DNA from: Candidatus Poseidoniaceae archaeon
GTDB taxonomy: Archaea; Thermoplasmatota; Poseidoniia; Poseidoniales; Poseidoniaceae
Reading direction: 5' to 3'
Assembly (NCBI GenBank): GCA_965662895.1
Contig: CBFIJH010000011.1
Coordinates: 9,920-73,919 of the forward strand
Length of the DNA: 64,000 nt
Shown piece after piece: positions 9,813 through 19,920 of this stretch. Below the pieces are notes generated by a model, which made no database searches, was not told the DNA's origin, and saw only the letters and a list, made by a program, of their open reading frames with translations. Position 1 is the first letter of the stretch, and each line of letters opens with the position of its first letter. A program made the translations under genes and the position numbers.

Positions 9813-10112
9813 ATGGAAATTGCAGTCGTAGGATCACCAGAATTTACACTCGGATTCCAGCTCGCTGGTATCTCGAACCTTTACAATCCAGAAGGTGAAG
9901 AAGAACACGTCAAAGTGTTCCGTAGCCTTCTCAATGCAAAGGATGTTGGAATTGTTGTTGTTGACTCCGCAGTTCTCGCATCCTTGCCAGACCGGTTGCG
10001 TTCGCAATTATCTGGTTCTGTCTCGCCGACGGTTCTTGGAATCGGTACGGATGAAGACAACACGCTCCGAGAAACAATTCGAAGAGCAATCGGAGTCGAC
10101 CTATGGAAATGA
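9813..10112 (+). CDS. atpF: A1Ao ATP synthase subunit F
   Basis: IAVVGSPEFTLGFQLAG...IRRAIGVDL. Confidence 0.95.
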   Translation: MEIAVVGSPEFTLGFQLAGISNLYNPEGEEEHVKVFRSLLNAKDVGIVVVDSAVLASLPDRLRSQLSGSVSPTVLGIGTDEDNTLRETIRRAIGVDLWK

Positions 10113-10136
10113 TGTTCCAAAATGGAGGAAAAGAGC

Positions 10137-11876
10137 ATGAGCAAAGAAGGAGTAATTTACCGAATTTCAGGACCTGTGGTTACCGCAACTGGAATGAGCG
10201 CAGGAATGTATGACGTTGTCCGAGTGGGCAATGAAGGATTGATGGGAGAAGTCATTGAATTGCACGGTGACAAGGCTGTCATTCAAGTCTACGAAGACAC
10301 ATCGGGTATTCGACCTGGTGAACCGGTCATCAACACGGGAGAGACGCTCTCGGTTGCATTGGGGCCAGGTTTGCTGACGCAAATTTACGATGGTATCCAG
10401 CGACCTCTTCCAACATTGGAAGAAGTCATGGGTGTGTTCATTACTCGTGGTGTCGATGCAGATGCGTTTGACCTTGAAAAGAAGTGGACCTTTGAGCCGG
10501 TTCTCGAGAAGGGAACTGAAGTCGAAGGCGGACAGGTCATCGGTCACGTTCAAGAAACTGAAACCATTGTTCACAAGATTATGGTGCCTCCAACCATGAA
10601 CGGTGTGATCAAGGATATCAAGTCCGGAGACTTCAACGTTACAGAATCTGTTTGTACGCTTGAGGATGGCTCAGAAATTCAAATGATGCAAAAGTGGCCA
10701 GTCCGAACACCTCGTCCTTACCGCCAGAAGTACGCACCTGATACACCACTGATCACTGGGATGCGCATTCTTGACTTCCTCTTCCCACTCGCCAAAGGCG
10801 GTGCAGCAGGTATTCCAGGTCCATTCGGTTCAGGAAAGACAGTTACACAACAATCGCTTGCCAAGTATTCTGACGCTCAAATCGTTGTTTACATTGGATG
10901 CGGTGAGCGTGGAAACGAGATGACAGAAGTATTGGACGAATTCCCTCACCTGATTGACCCGAACACCGGTAAGCCTCTGATGAACCGAACGGTCATGATT
11001 GCCAACACCTCCAACATGCCTGTAGCAGCTCGAGAAGCATCTGTGTACACTGGAATTACCATCGCTGAGTACTTCCGTGACATGGGCTACGACGTTGCTC
11101 TAATGGCAGATTCAACGTCACGATGGGCCGAAGCAATGCGTGAAATTTCTTCTCGTCTCGAAGAGATGCCTGGTGAAGAAGGATACCCAGCTTATCTTTC
11201 ATCCCGAATTGCGGAGTTCTACGAACGTGCTGGTCGTGTTGAAACCAAGAACGGTGAAGACGGATCGGTTACCGTTATCGGGGCTGTTAGCCCGCCAGGT
11301 GGTGACATTTCGGAACCTGTTTCTCAAGGTACGCTCCGAATTGTCAAGGTTTTCTGGGGATTGGACGCTGGTCTTGCACGACAACGTCACTTCCCTGCCA
11401 TCAACTGGCTCAGTTCTTACTCTCTGTACCCACAGAGCCTCAATCAGTGGTTCCGTGACAACATTGCACAAGACTTCCCTGAGATTCGAACCCAAATCAG
11501 TGGTTTGTTGCAAATTGAAGCAGAATTGCAGGAGATTGTCCAACTTGTTGGTTCGGATGCACTTCCCGTTGACCAACAACTCACACTGGAAGTCGCTCGT
11601 ATGATTCGTGAATTCTTCCTGCAACAAAACGGATTCCACGAAGTTGATGCATACTGTGACATCCACTTGCAATACTCCATGTCCAAGGCCATTCTCAGTT
11701 TCCAGGAAGCTGCCAAGAATGCAATGGCTGCTGGAGCACAACTCAACGATGTTGTCAACGTACCAGCACGAACGACGCTCATGCGTGGTCGATTTGAGAA
11801 GGGATACATCGATGTAATCGAAGAGATGGTCAAGGCCATGGTCGATGAAATTGCCGATACCGTGGAGGACAACTAG
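10137..11876 (+). CDS. atpA: A1Ao ATP synthase catalytic subunit A
   Basis: [30 protein letters not shown]; no intein; GGAGG before ATG 10137 (alternative start 10122). Confidence 0.98.
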   Translation: MSKEGVIYRISGPVVTATGMSAGMYDVVRVGNEGLMGEVIELHGDKAVIQVYEDTSGIRPGEPVINTGETLSVALGPGLLTQIYDGIQRPLPTLEEVMGVFITRGVDADAFDLEKKWTFEPVLEKGTEVEGGQVIGHVQETETIVHKIMVPPTMNGVIKDIKSGDFNVTESVCTLEDGSEIQMMQKWPVRTPRPYRQKYAPDTPLITGMRILDFLFPLAKGGAAGIPGPFGSGKTVTQQSLAKYSDAQIVVYIGCGERGNEMTEVLDEFPHLIDPNTGKPLMNRTVMIANTSNMPVAAREASVYTGITIAEYFRDMGYDVALMADSTSRWAEAMREISSRLEEMPGEEGYPAYLSSRIAEFYERAGRVETKNGEDGSVTVIGAVSPPGGDISEPVSQGTLRIVKVFWGLDAGLARQRHFPAINWLSSYSLYPQSLNQWFRDNIAQDFPEIRTQISGLLQIEAELQEIVQLVGSDALPVDQQLTLEVARMIREFFLQQNGFHEVDAYCDIHLQYSMSKAILSFQEAAKNAMAAGAQLNDVVNVPARTTLMRGRFEKGYIDVIEEMVKAMVDEIADTVEDN

Positions 11877-11887
11877 GACGTGATATC

Positions 11888-13267
11888 ATGACAGGAAAAG
11901 AATACCGAACCATTACCGACGTCAAGGGACCACTTGTCTTCTTGAACAAAACAGAACCAGTTGCCTTTGGTGAAATTGTTACCATCCGTCTTGCTGATGG
12001 ATCCATCAAGAATGGACAAGTTCTCGACACCTCCGACGATCTTGTAATCGTCCAAGTTTTCGAAGGAACAGCAAAGATTGACCGAACTGCTGGCGTTACC
12101 TTCATGGGTGACGTTTTCAAACTCCCTGTAAGCGAAGACCTTGTTGGTCGAATTCTCGATGGTGCAGGTCGACCCCGTGATGGTGGACCTGATATCGTTG
12201 CTGAAGAAAACGCTGACATCATTGGAGCTGCAATCAACCCTTTTAGTCGACAGAGTCCTCACGATTTCATTCAGACTGGAATCTCTGCAATCGACTGCTG
12301 TACAACACTTGTACGTGGGCAAAAGTTGCCAATTTTCTCCGCATCGGGTCTTCCGCACAACGACATCGCCCTCCAAATCGCTCGACAGGCGAAATTGAAG
12401 GGCAGCGACGAGCAATTTATCGTTGTTTTCTGTGCAATGGGAATTACTGCTGAAGAATACAACTTCTTCCGTTCCGACTTGGAGCGAACCGGTGCGCTTG
12501 AGAACGCTGTACTTTTCGTGAATCTTGCTGACGACCCTGCAGTTGAGCGAATCATTACGCCTCGTCTTGCTCTGACGGCCGCTGAATACCTTGCTTTCGA
12601 GCATGATTACCACGTTCTGGTTATCTACACGGACATGACCAACTACTGTGATGCACTTCGACAAATCGGTGCTGCTCGTGAAGAAGTTCCTGGTCGACGT
12701 GGATACCCTGGTTACATGTACACGGACCTTGCAATGCTTTACGAGCGTGCTGGAATTGTTAAGGGGAAGAAGGGATCGATTACACAATTCCCAATTCTGA
12801 CAATGCCTGGTGACGATATTACACATCCAATACCTGACCTGTCTGGTTACATTACAGAAGGACAGATTGTTATCTCTCGTGAGCTTCATCAACAAGGTAT
12901 CTATCCACCGATCAACGTTTTGCCATCGCTTTCCCGACTGATGGGTTCCTGTATTGGTGCTGAAACAACCCGTGAAGACCACAAATCTGTATCGGATCAA
13001 ATGTATGCCGCATATGCACAAGGTCGTGAACTCCGTGGACTTGTTGCGATTGTCGGTGAAGACGCATTGAACGAACGTGACAAGCAACTGCTTGACTTCT
13101 CAGGTGTCTTCGAAGACCGCTTCCTCCGTCAGTCTCGTGACGAGGACCGTTCCATCGATGAAACACTTGATTTGTGCTGGGAATTGATGTCGTCCATTGA
13201 AACGAAGTATCTTGTCCGTCTTGACCAAAAGTGGATCGAGAAGTACCATCCTGAGAACAAGGCCTGA
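11888..13267 (+). CDS. atpB: A1Ao ATP synthase subunit B
   Basis: [30 protein letters not shown]. Confidence 0.98.
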   Translation: MTGKEYRTITDVKGPLVFLNKTEPVAFGEIVTIRLADGSIKNGQVLDTSDDLVIVQVFEGTAKIDRTAGVTFMGDVFKLPVSEDLVGRILDGAGRPRDGGPDIVAEENADIIGAAINPFSRQSPHDFIQTGISAIDCCTTLVRGQKLPIFSASGLPHNDIALQIARQAKLKGSDEQFIVVFCAMGITAEEYNFFRSDLERTGALENAVLFVNLADDPAVERIITPRLALTAAEYLAFEHDYHVLVIYTDMTNYCDALRQIGAAREEVPGRRGYPGYMYTDLAMLYERAGIVKGKKGSITQFPILTMPGDDITHPIPDLSGYITEGQIVISRELHQQGIYPPINVLPSLSRLMGSCIGAETTREDHKSVSDQMYAAYAQGRELRGLVAIVGEDALNERDKQLLDFSGVFEDRFLRQSRDEDRSIDETLDLCWELMSSIETKYLVRLDQKWIEKYHPENKA

Positions 13268-13283
13268 ATCCTGAGGTGAGACC

Positions 13284-13901
13284 ATGGCGCTTGACATTAA
13301 ACCAACCCGTAGTGAGTTGATTAAACTCAAGGGCCGCATCAAGCAAACCAAGAATGGGTACAAACTTCTCAAAATGAAGCGAGACGGTCTCTTCCATGAG
13401 TTCCGGCAACTTTTGGCTGAAATGATTGAAGCAAAGCGTGAAATTACCGAGGCTTTCCGTCTTGCAAAGCAACGAATTGACCTCGCAAATGCAATTGAGG
13501 GTGGTCTTGCGGTGCGTGCTGCAGCAATTGCGAACAGTGCACATCCTGAAGTCGAAGTTGAACGCCGTAACATCATGGGTGTCGTTGTACCGAGTGTAAG
13601 CGGAACAAATCTCAAGTCGACGTTCGCAGAACGTGGTGTCGGGTTTATCGGATCATCGCCCTACATCGATGAGGCCAGCGATAGTTTCAGCGAATTGATT
13701 GAAAAAATCGTCAAAGCTTCTGAAATGGAAGCAACGTTGAAGCGACTCCTTGAAGAAATCGAAGCGACAAAACGTCGTGTCAATGCTCTGGAATTCAAGG
13801 TCATACCTGAACTTGAGGAAGCCAAGGTCTTCATTCAACTCAGACTCGAAGAAATGGAACGCGAAGAGACATTCCGGCTTAAGCGGTTTAAGAACAAGTG
13901 A
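13284..13901 (+). CDS. atpD: A1Ao ATP synthase subunit D
   Basis: PTRSELIKLK, LLKMKRDGL, TKRRVNALE. Confidence 0.97.
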   Translation: MALDIKPTRSELIKLKGRIKQTKNGYKLLKMKRDGLFHEFRQLLAEMIEAKREITEAFRLAKQRIDLANAIEGGLAVRAAAIANSAHPEVEVERRNIMGVVVPSVSGTNLKSTFAERGVGFIGSSPYIDEASDSFSELIEKIVKASEMEATLKRLLEEIEATKRRVNALEFKVIPELEEAKVFIQLRLEEMEREETFRLKRFKNK

Positions 13902-13979
13902 GTCCAACTCTCGCTCTGAAAAAAGGGCATGATTGATGTGGGAGGGGTGTGCAGTTCTTGTTAGGGGGGCCAGAGTTTT

Positions 13980-16448
13980 ATGTCCGAAGTGAATGAAACT
14001 CAACTGAAGCAACTCGCTGTCCACAAGGATGCTTGGAATCAAAAAGACCTCCTCGAAGGTATTGTCCAACGTTATCTCACCATACGATCGCATGTGGGTG
14101 GACTGTGGCCGACATGGGAAGTTGAATCGGACCAACTTGAAGAAAAACTGACTGAACTTAATCGCTATCTTGAAGGACTCGGGTGGATGGCTCGACTTCG
14201 TCGTGGTGACGTGAATCAGTTAACGACACTACCGCTCCCACATCGTCAATTTCCAGGTTCAAGAATTCACTTCTACATGTGGAGTGCATCCTTGATCACG
14301 CTCCTTCTTTCAGCTGTGCGATGGATGGATCATGGTCGGCCGGCTGGAGGCTGGTTTGCTGGTTCAATCTATCTCGATGCCTTGATTGGATTCACAATCC
14401 CTATTCTCGTTTCGTTGTTTTTAGCATCCTACATCCAAACACGGATTTCTGCAAAATTCGGTGTTCGAAGCGGCCACATTCTTCCTATTCCTGATCCTTC
14501 AGTCCTCTTGTGGTTGTTTTCAGGTTTATCGACTTCGTACTTTATCTGGCCATTCGGTATTTTTTTCATTCCAACGTTACCTCGCATGGACGCACGCCCT
14601 TGGCCCGATCGGAAATCACTGGCTTGGACTTCGATGACAGTCCCCGTTGTTTTCCTCGTTTCTGGATTTTTCTTGTGGGTTCTTGGACTGTTCTTGACAC
14701 CGGACTCGTACGCTCTTTCTGGAGAACCGTATCGAGCAAACCCTCCGTTTTTGATTGAACTCATCGGGAACGGATTTGACCTTTCATTCCAATCGACGCT
14801 CGATTGGGGGCATCCATTTTTCTTTGCTGCTGGGTTCCTTACCCTTGTTGGCTGGTTGCTGATGTTGCCCATTCCAACGTTCCCAGGAGGCCGATTGCTC
14901 GTAGCACGCATGGGGCTTGATGAAGCCAGAAGTTCAGGAACACAAATCCTGATGTTCATGCTTCTAATAACTGCTGCATTCTTCATTTTTGATGCATTTA
15001 ATGGATTTACTATTTGGATTCCAGTTCTCTCAGTCACAATTCCTCTCTTGCTGTTGATGGGCGGTGATTCTCGAATACCTGTGCTGATCGATGGTGATCG
15101 ACCGCTTTCTGAAGACAACCACCGCCGAATTGGTATCATCTTATTCATCGCTGTTCTCTTCGCTATCCCTCCACAATTTCCCGTGGAAGCAGTTGAGCGA
15201 TGGGATGCTGATGCAACCTACTCCATAGGAGTTCCAGAGTACGCTGAACTTAACGATGTATGGGGCGCTTCGTTGGAAATTACTCTGCAGAATCCATCCA
15301 TGGAAAACCGGTACTACACGGTGACAGGCGAGATTCCTGAATCATTGCTGTGGACAGCAGCCTTTTCATGCGATGCTCAGGCATGCGATGGCATTCTCAA
15401 ACCGGGTGAAAGCAAAACGATTGCGTACAACTTGACGCATCCAAACACGAGTCATGAGCCAACATTCATCGATTATGAGATCGACGTATCGTTTGACGAA
15501 GGGGATCCGTTTGAAGAAATAGGATCGGTTCATCCGAACCTGAATGTTACGGTTGGTTCACAGTGGTATCATGTCCGAATGAATGACAAGGTTCTGTCTT
15601 GTCTCGACGTGAATGTTATGCAATCAAACGAGATGAACATCACGTTACCCGATGTAGGAACAGAATGGCTGCCATACATATGGTTTGAAGGCCAAGCAGG
15701 GCTTACCCAGTCTCTTTCCTCTGAAGATAAACAGGTATGTTTGGATGGCGTGGACCAGGCATTACCGTACAATGCTCGTATGATGCTTCAAAACGTCACC
15801 GTTGAAAATTCATCGTTCAGTGTTGGATTTGATTCAACTTGGCCCCACGTCGTCTCAGCATCCGAACGTGGTTGGCTCGTTGATGAAAACCATACATGGG
15901 GTCCACCATTTGATCAAGGCGGGACGTTGTATCAGGAGAATGCCTCCTCATGCACAGGAAACGAATTCTTGAGCACCCCGCGTCGTTCAGATTCTTCAAA
16001 TTGGTCATGGGATTTGAGTATATGGCCAAGTCAAGCTCTGCCATCCATCGAATCCGGTGAGCGCCTCAACGTCAAGTTGCAACCTGATTCATACGTTCAC
16101 TGCAATCAAGAAGAGGTTCACGCAACCAGGTTCGTGATTCAGGAAGGACCTGACCTCATTCTCCATCTTGAACAAGAATCAATTCGTTTATGGGACGCCC
16201 CATTGACAGTTGAATCAAATCAACTTGAACTTGCTCTTTACAACAGCAATGAAGACGACGTGGTTTTGCGCCATTCATCCTTTGGAGAGAAAGATTGGAA
16301 TCTCGAGGTTCTACCTGCTGTCTTATCCTCCGGTTGGAACAATTTCACAATCGATGTTCCCTCATCACTCCTGAATACGTACCAATTGACGCATCAAGAT
16401 GGAGCGATTCTCATCACATTTGGTGCCTATTTGGAGGCCGAACTGTGA
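13980..16448 (+). CDS. Site-2 protease (M50)-like multi-pass membrane protein lacking Zn ligands, with large C-terminal beta-rich domain
   Basis: FLASYIQ..SAKFGVR in place of HELGH..ARxxGV; LLMLPIPTFPGG in place of LNLLPxGQLDGG; many TM helices followed by about 420 aa of soluble sequence. Confidence 0.65.
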   Translation: MSEVNETQLKQLAVHKDAWNQKDLLEGIVQRYLTIRSHVGGLWPTWEVESDQLEEKLTELNRYLEGLGWMARLRRGDVNQLTTLPLPHRQFPGSRIHFYMWSASLITLLLSAVRWMDHGRPAGGWFAGSIYLDALIGFTIPILVSLFLASYIQTRISAKFGVRSGHILPIPDPSVLLWLFSGLSTSYFIWPFGIFFIPTLPRMDARPWPDRKSLAWTSMTVPVVFLVSGFFLWVLGLFLTPDSYALSGEPYRANPPFLIELIGNGFDLSFQSTLDWGHPFFFAAGFLTLVGWLLMLPIPTFPGGRLLVARMGLDEARSSGTQILMFMLLITAAFFIFDAFNGFTIWIPVLSVTIPLLLLMGGDSRIPVLIDGDRPLSEDNHRRIGIILFIAVLFAIPPQFPVEAVERWDADATYSIGVPEYAELNDVWGASLEITLQNPSMENRYYTVTGEIPESLLWTAAFSCDAQACDGILKPGESKTIAYNLTHPNTSHEPTFIDYEIDVSFDEGDPFEEIGSVHPNLNVTVGSQWYHVRMNDKVLSCLDVNVMQSNEMNITLPDVGTEWLPYIWFEGQAGLTQSLSSEDKQVCLDGVDQALPYNARMMLQNVTVENSSFSVGFDSTWPHVVSASERGWLVDENHTWGPPFDQGGTLYQENASSCTGNEFLSTPRRSDSSNWSWDLSIWPSQALPSIESGERLNVKLQPDSYVHCNQEEVHATRFVIQEGPDLILHLEQESIRLWDAPLTVESNQLELALYNSNEDDVVLRHSSFGEKDWNLEVLPAVLSSGWNNFTIDVPSSLLNTYQLTHQDGAILITFGAYLEAEL

Positions 16449-17371
16449 GAGTTGGCATTGTAGGTGCAGGTTCAATCGGTTCCCTCTTTGCTGGATGCCT
16501 GTCCAAGACGACGTGTGACATTCTCCTCTATGGACGTGGCCTTCATGCAGCCCATCTAACAGCGGATGGCCTTCAAATCGAGGGTTTGGTTGACCAAAAA
16601 ACCCCTTCGAATCGGTGGGAAGTTCTTCTTGAGGAACAACCAATACCCGATACAGTACAATCCTCGTGCGATGTTGTCCTTATGTGCGGTAAAGCATCTG
16701 CATTTGATCACCATCTGAAGGTTGCCAAGCATATTTTGCGAAACGATGGCTATGTGTGCACACTTTCAAACGGTCTTGGCCATGAGGAGAAATTGGTGCA
16801 TGCTTTCGGTGCACATCGAGTACTTGCATCGACCACAACGCACGGAGCGTACAGGCCTCAAGCTGGAGTTGTTCACTGGGCAGGTTCCGGTCACGTTACA
16901 ATCGGACCATTCATGCATTCACACACAGAAGCGTCGTTTCGCTCCTTTATGGAGCTCCTTTCAGATGCAGACCTCCGTCCTCGATGGGAGGAGGATGGTC
17001 GCGTCATGCTCTGGAACAAAATGTTGCTGAATATCGCCATTAACCCGCTTGCTGGATTGCTCGGAAAAGAAAACGGTGCACTCATGGAACCTGCATTGTT
17101 TGAAACCTCTGTCTCGGTTATGCTTGAAGGCGCAAGAATTGCACGAGCTGAAGGCGTGAGCATTGAAGACGATGAATCGCTGGTCAACCGTTTACGTGAC
17201 GTTCTTGAACAAACAGGGAACAACTATTGCTCCATGTTGCAGGATATTCGTGCAGGCCGTGAAACTGAAATTCATTCTCTCAATGCTGAAGTCTGTCGTC
17301 GTGGAGAGATACTTGGAATCCCAACACCACTCAACCAAATGCTCGCATCGGTTATTGCTCATCTTCGATGA
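16445..17371 (+). CDS. panE: Ketopantoate reductase
   Basis: GAGSIG, LSNGLG, LWNKMLLNIAINPL, SMLQDIRAGRETEI; GTG start overlaps the upstream TGA. Confidence 0.93.
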   Translation: MRVGIVGAGSIGSLFAGCLSKTTCDILLYGRGLHAAHLTADGLQIEGLVDQKTPSNRWEVLLEEQPIPDTVQSSCDVVLMCGKASAFDHHLKVAKHILRNDGYVCTLSNGLGHEEKLVHAFGAHRVLASTTTHGAYRPQAGVVHWAGSGHVTIGPFMHSHTEASFRSFMELLSDADLRPRWEEDGRVMLWNKMLLNIAINPLAGLLGKENGALMEPALFETSVSVMLEGARIARAEGVSIEDDESLVNRLRDVLEQTGNNYCSMLQDIRAGRETEIHSLNAEVCRRGEILGIPTPLNQMLASVIAHLR

Positions 17372-18962
17372 GATCTTTGTTGTAATGAAGTCCCCTATTT
17401 TCGCTTCGACTGTTCGCATCTTTTGCAACGAGAATTCCTACGAGAATCATGTTTCGTAATTCGACAATTTCTCGTGTAGGTAGGCTCGATTTCCAAATAA
17501 CATCGATTTCTTTTTCCAACAGTTGAAGTCTTCGAATGGCTCGTTGCAATCTAGAGAACCGTCTTGAAACTCCGACTTCAAATCGCATGGTTTGATTCAA
17601 GGCTGCACGATCGTGGGCTATTGGTCCGTGTTCTCGAAGCTTATTCAAACCATCAGAACGCCAGTTCGGAGGTGATGCATCCTCGGCATTGATTCCAGTT
17701 TCGATGATGTGGGATGAACATCGGTGGGCAAAAACTACGGCCTCGAGAAGGCTATTTGAAGCGAGTCTGTTGGCACCATGCATACCTGTGCATGCAACCT
17801 CTCCAATTGCGAAAAGACCGGGTACTGGCTTTGTTGAATTGTTGAGGATTGCTGAACCCACGTCATCCACTTCGATACCCCCTACGATGTAATGCGCTGC
17901 TGGCGCTACTGGGAGTGGGTCAATTCCAAGTTCGAGGCCGTCCCTACGTAATCGGTTTGAAATCATTGGAAAACGCTCGTTCAAGTGCTGTGTGTCCAAA
18001 TGTTCGGTAACGAGGTAAACATGTGCTGCACCTGACTCTGCACATCGCTGATCAATCGATCGAGCGACAACATCTCGAGTTGCCATCGAACCAAGTTTGG
18101 ATGCTTCCAGCGTGAATGAAAAGGGAGCAGGGTCATCTTTACCACTCAATTTCCAGTTCTCATAACCATCATGATCGAGGAGAACCGCTCCTTCGCCGCG
18201 CAATGCTTCCGTGATGAGAAAAGGACGCTCTCCATCAACCACAAGAGCGGTTGGGTGGAATTGCACAAATGCCATGTTAACCACAGAGGCCCCCGTTCTA
18301 TAGGCCATCGCTATTCCATCTCCGGTCGAGACGGAAGGGTTGGTGGTTTTTTCCCACAATTGGCCAGCTCCACCAGTGGCGAGTATGACTGCATCACTCT
18401 GGATGGTCATGACTTCATTGGTTTCCTGATCGAGTGCCCAAACGCCACATACGCCTTTTTCTGGTGATTCGTGCACGCGTTGGATGAGGTCGATGGCTAA
18501 TGTGTTGGGTCGCATGATAATTCGACGATGATTTCGTGCGGCAGTTGTAAGGGCGCGTTCGATTTCTTTTCCGGTTGCATCCTTGGCATGAAGGATACGT
18601 CTCGAAGTATGGCCTCCCTCTTGCGCAAGTTGGAATGCACCCTCATCATCCCGTTCAAATTCAACACCGATGGAGAGTAAATCCTCAATTCGTTCCCCCG
18701 CTTCTTCAACCACCATTCGGACAACCTCCTCGTCACATAAGCCATCGCCAGCATTGAGGGTGTCGTTGATGTGACCTTCAATCTCATCGAGATTCGTTTT
18801 ATCCAAAATTGCAGCGATGCCACCTTGCGCCCAGTTGGTCGAGGAATCCTTTGGCCGCTGTTTTGTGATGATTTCAACCTCAAAACCGTTGTTCGCTAAA
18901 CGCAAGGCAGCAAACAACCCCGCAATGCCTGTGCCGATGATGAGTGCACGAGGCATGGTCAC
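17352..18962 (-). CDS. nadB: L-aspartate oxidase
   Basis: GTGIAGL, STNWAQGGIAA, QFHPT, GMHGANRLASNSLLE, ENRGLHY. Confidence 0.95.
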   Translation of the reverse strand: MTMPRALIIGTGIAGLFAALRLANNGFEVEIITKQRPKDSSTNWAQGGIAAILDKTNLDEIEGHINDTLNAGDGLCDEEVVRMVVEEAGERIEDLLSIGVEFERDDEGAFQLAQEGGHTSRRILHAKDATGKEIERALTTAARNHRRIIMRPNTLAIDLIQRVHESPEKGVCGVWALDQETNEVMTIQSDAVILATGGAGQLWEKTTNPSVSTGDGIAMAYRTGASVVNMAFVQFHPTALVVDGERPFLITEALRGEGAVLLDHDGYENWKLSGKDDPAPFSFTLEASKLGSMATRDVVARSIDQRCAESGAAHVYLVTEHLDTQHLNERFPMISNRLRRDGLELGIDPLPVAPAAHYIVGGIEVDDVGSAILNNSTKPVPGLFAIGEVACTGMHGANRLASNSLLEAVVFAHRCSSHIIETGINAEDASPPNWRSDGLNKLREHGPIAHDRAALNQTMRFEVGVSRRFSRLQRAIRRLQLLEKEIDVIWKSSLPTREIVELRNMILVGILVAKDANSRSENRGLHYNKDLIEDEQ

Positions 18963-19038
18963 TCCAGACGTTATTTGTTCTTGATGACATCGGTTTGCCC
19001 AGCGATAGGGCTATTTGTTGAGGATTCTTGCGAGCATC

Positions 19039-19797
19039 ATGTTGCGAAAAGTCATTGGTCTGCTCGGCCTCGCAACAATTGCCTTTGTTATCGCAAACGT
19101 TCACTTCGGAATCGTTGCGGAAAGCGTCGTTGAAGGTGCAGAATCAAGCCGACTTGATATCCTCCGCCTCGCCGACCCGGGGTGCACAATTCCTGAAATG
19201 GAAAAGGAAATACAAGAAACAGGTACAGCGTTTTGCTTGAGTGAAAAAGGAACGTGGGGTACAGCAGACATCCTCCTTTTGTTCTGGGGTATCCTCATCG
19301 TCACGGCTGGACGGTTCCGGATGCCATCCGATCCTCGTCTTGCAAAACGCATCCGCCGTGTGATGTTTACATCCGGAGCAGTCCTGTTCGGTTTGGCGAT
19401 TCTTGATCGCTTCCAGGCATTGCCAACCTCGGCGGATTCGCAAAGCATTTCCGATTTGATGCCGCTGCCGTTGGACCCTTGGATGGTACAAATTCTCTTC
19501 GCAGTCATCGGTGCTTTGCTCATGCGAGGGCCAAAGTATGAACTCTCTGAATTTGAAGAGAATTATCAGCGACTCGAGCACGAACGACAAAACGAACATC
19601 GCATCCAAGAGGTGTTCAATGAAAAAGCACGTTCGATGTCGGCTTCAAGAGAGGGACTGGCTCGTCGCAGCCGTCTTATCGATCGAGATGCTCATCTTGT
19701 TCCTTTCCGGACCCGGAATTCCCCTAAAATTCGAGCAACCTGCCCATTTTGCAAAGGAGGCGGATGCAAAGAGTGTCGTATGACGGGTGTTGTTTGA
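19039..19797 (+). CDS. Uncharacterised multi-TM membrane protein with C-terminal CxxCxGxGCxxCxxxG zinc finger
   Basis: About 4 hydrophobic segments; ends CPFCKGGGCKECRMTGVV; start uncertain (19015 or 19039). Confidence 0.7.
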   Translation: MLRKVIGLLGLATIAFVIANVHFGIVAESVVEGAESSRLDILRLADPGCTIPEMEKEIQETGTAFCLSEKGTWGTADILLLFWGILIVTAGRFRMPSDPRLAKRIRRVMFTSGAVLFGLAILDRFQALPTSADSQSISDLMPLPLDPWMVQILFAVIGALLMRGPKYELSEFEENYQRLEHERQNEHRIQEVFNEKARSMSASREGLARRSRLIDRDAHLVPFRTRNSPKIRATCPFCKGGGCKECRMTGVV

Positions 19798-19920
19798 AGA
19801 AACGGCAGTTTTTTCAAGCCTTGAAAACGATATGCTCCGACGCATAATCAACCGATTGTTTAAATGTCCTCGATGTCCGGTGATTGACCTAAGGTCAGTG
19901 TCGACCAACAGGGGATTGGG

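Noticed and set aside
11873-13087. 404-aa minus-strand ORF
   Set aside because: Antisense shadow of the highly conserved atpB; no recognisable motifs.
10137-13267. Inteins in atpA/atpB (also checked cdc6 and gyrB)
   Set aside because: Lengths are normal and conserved motifs are uninterrupted.
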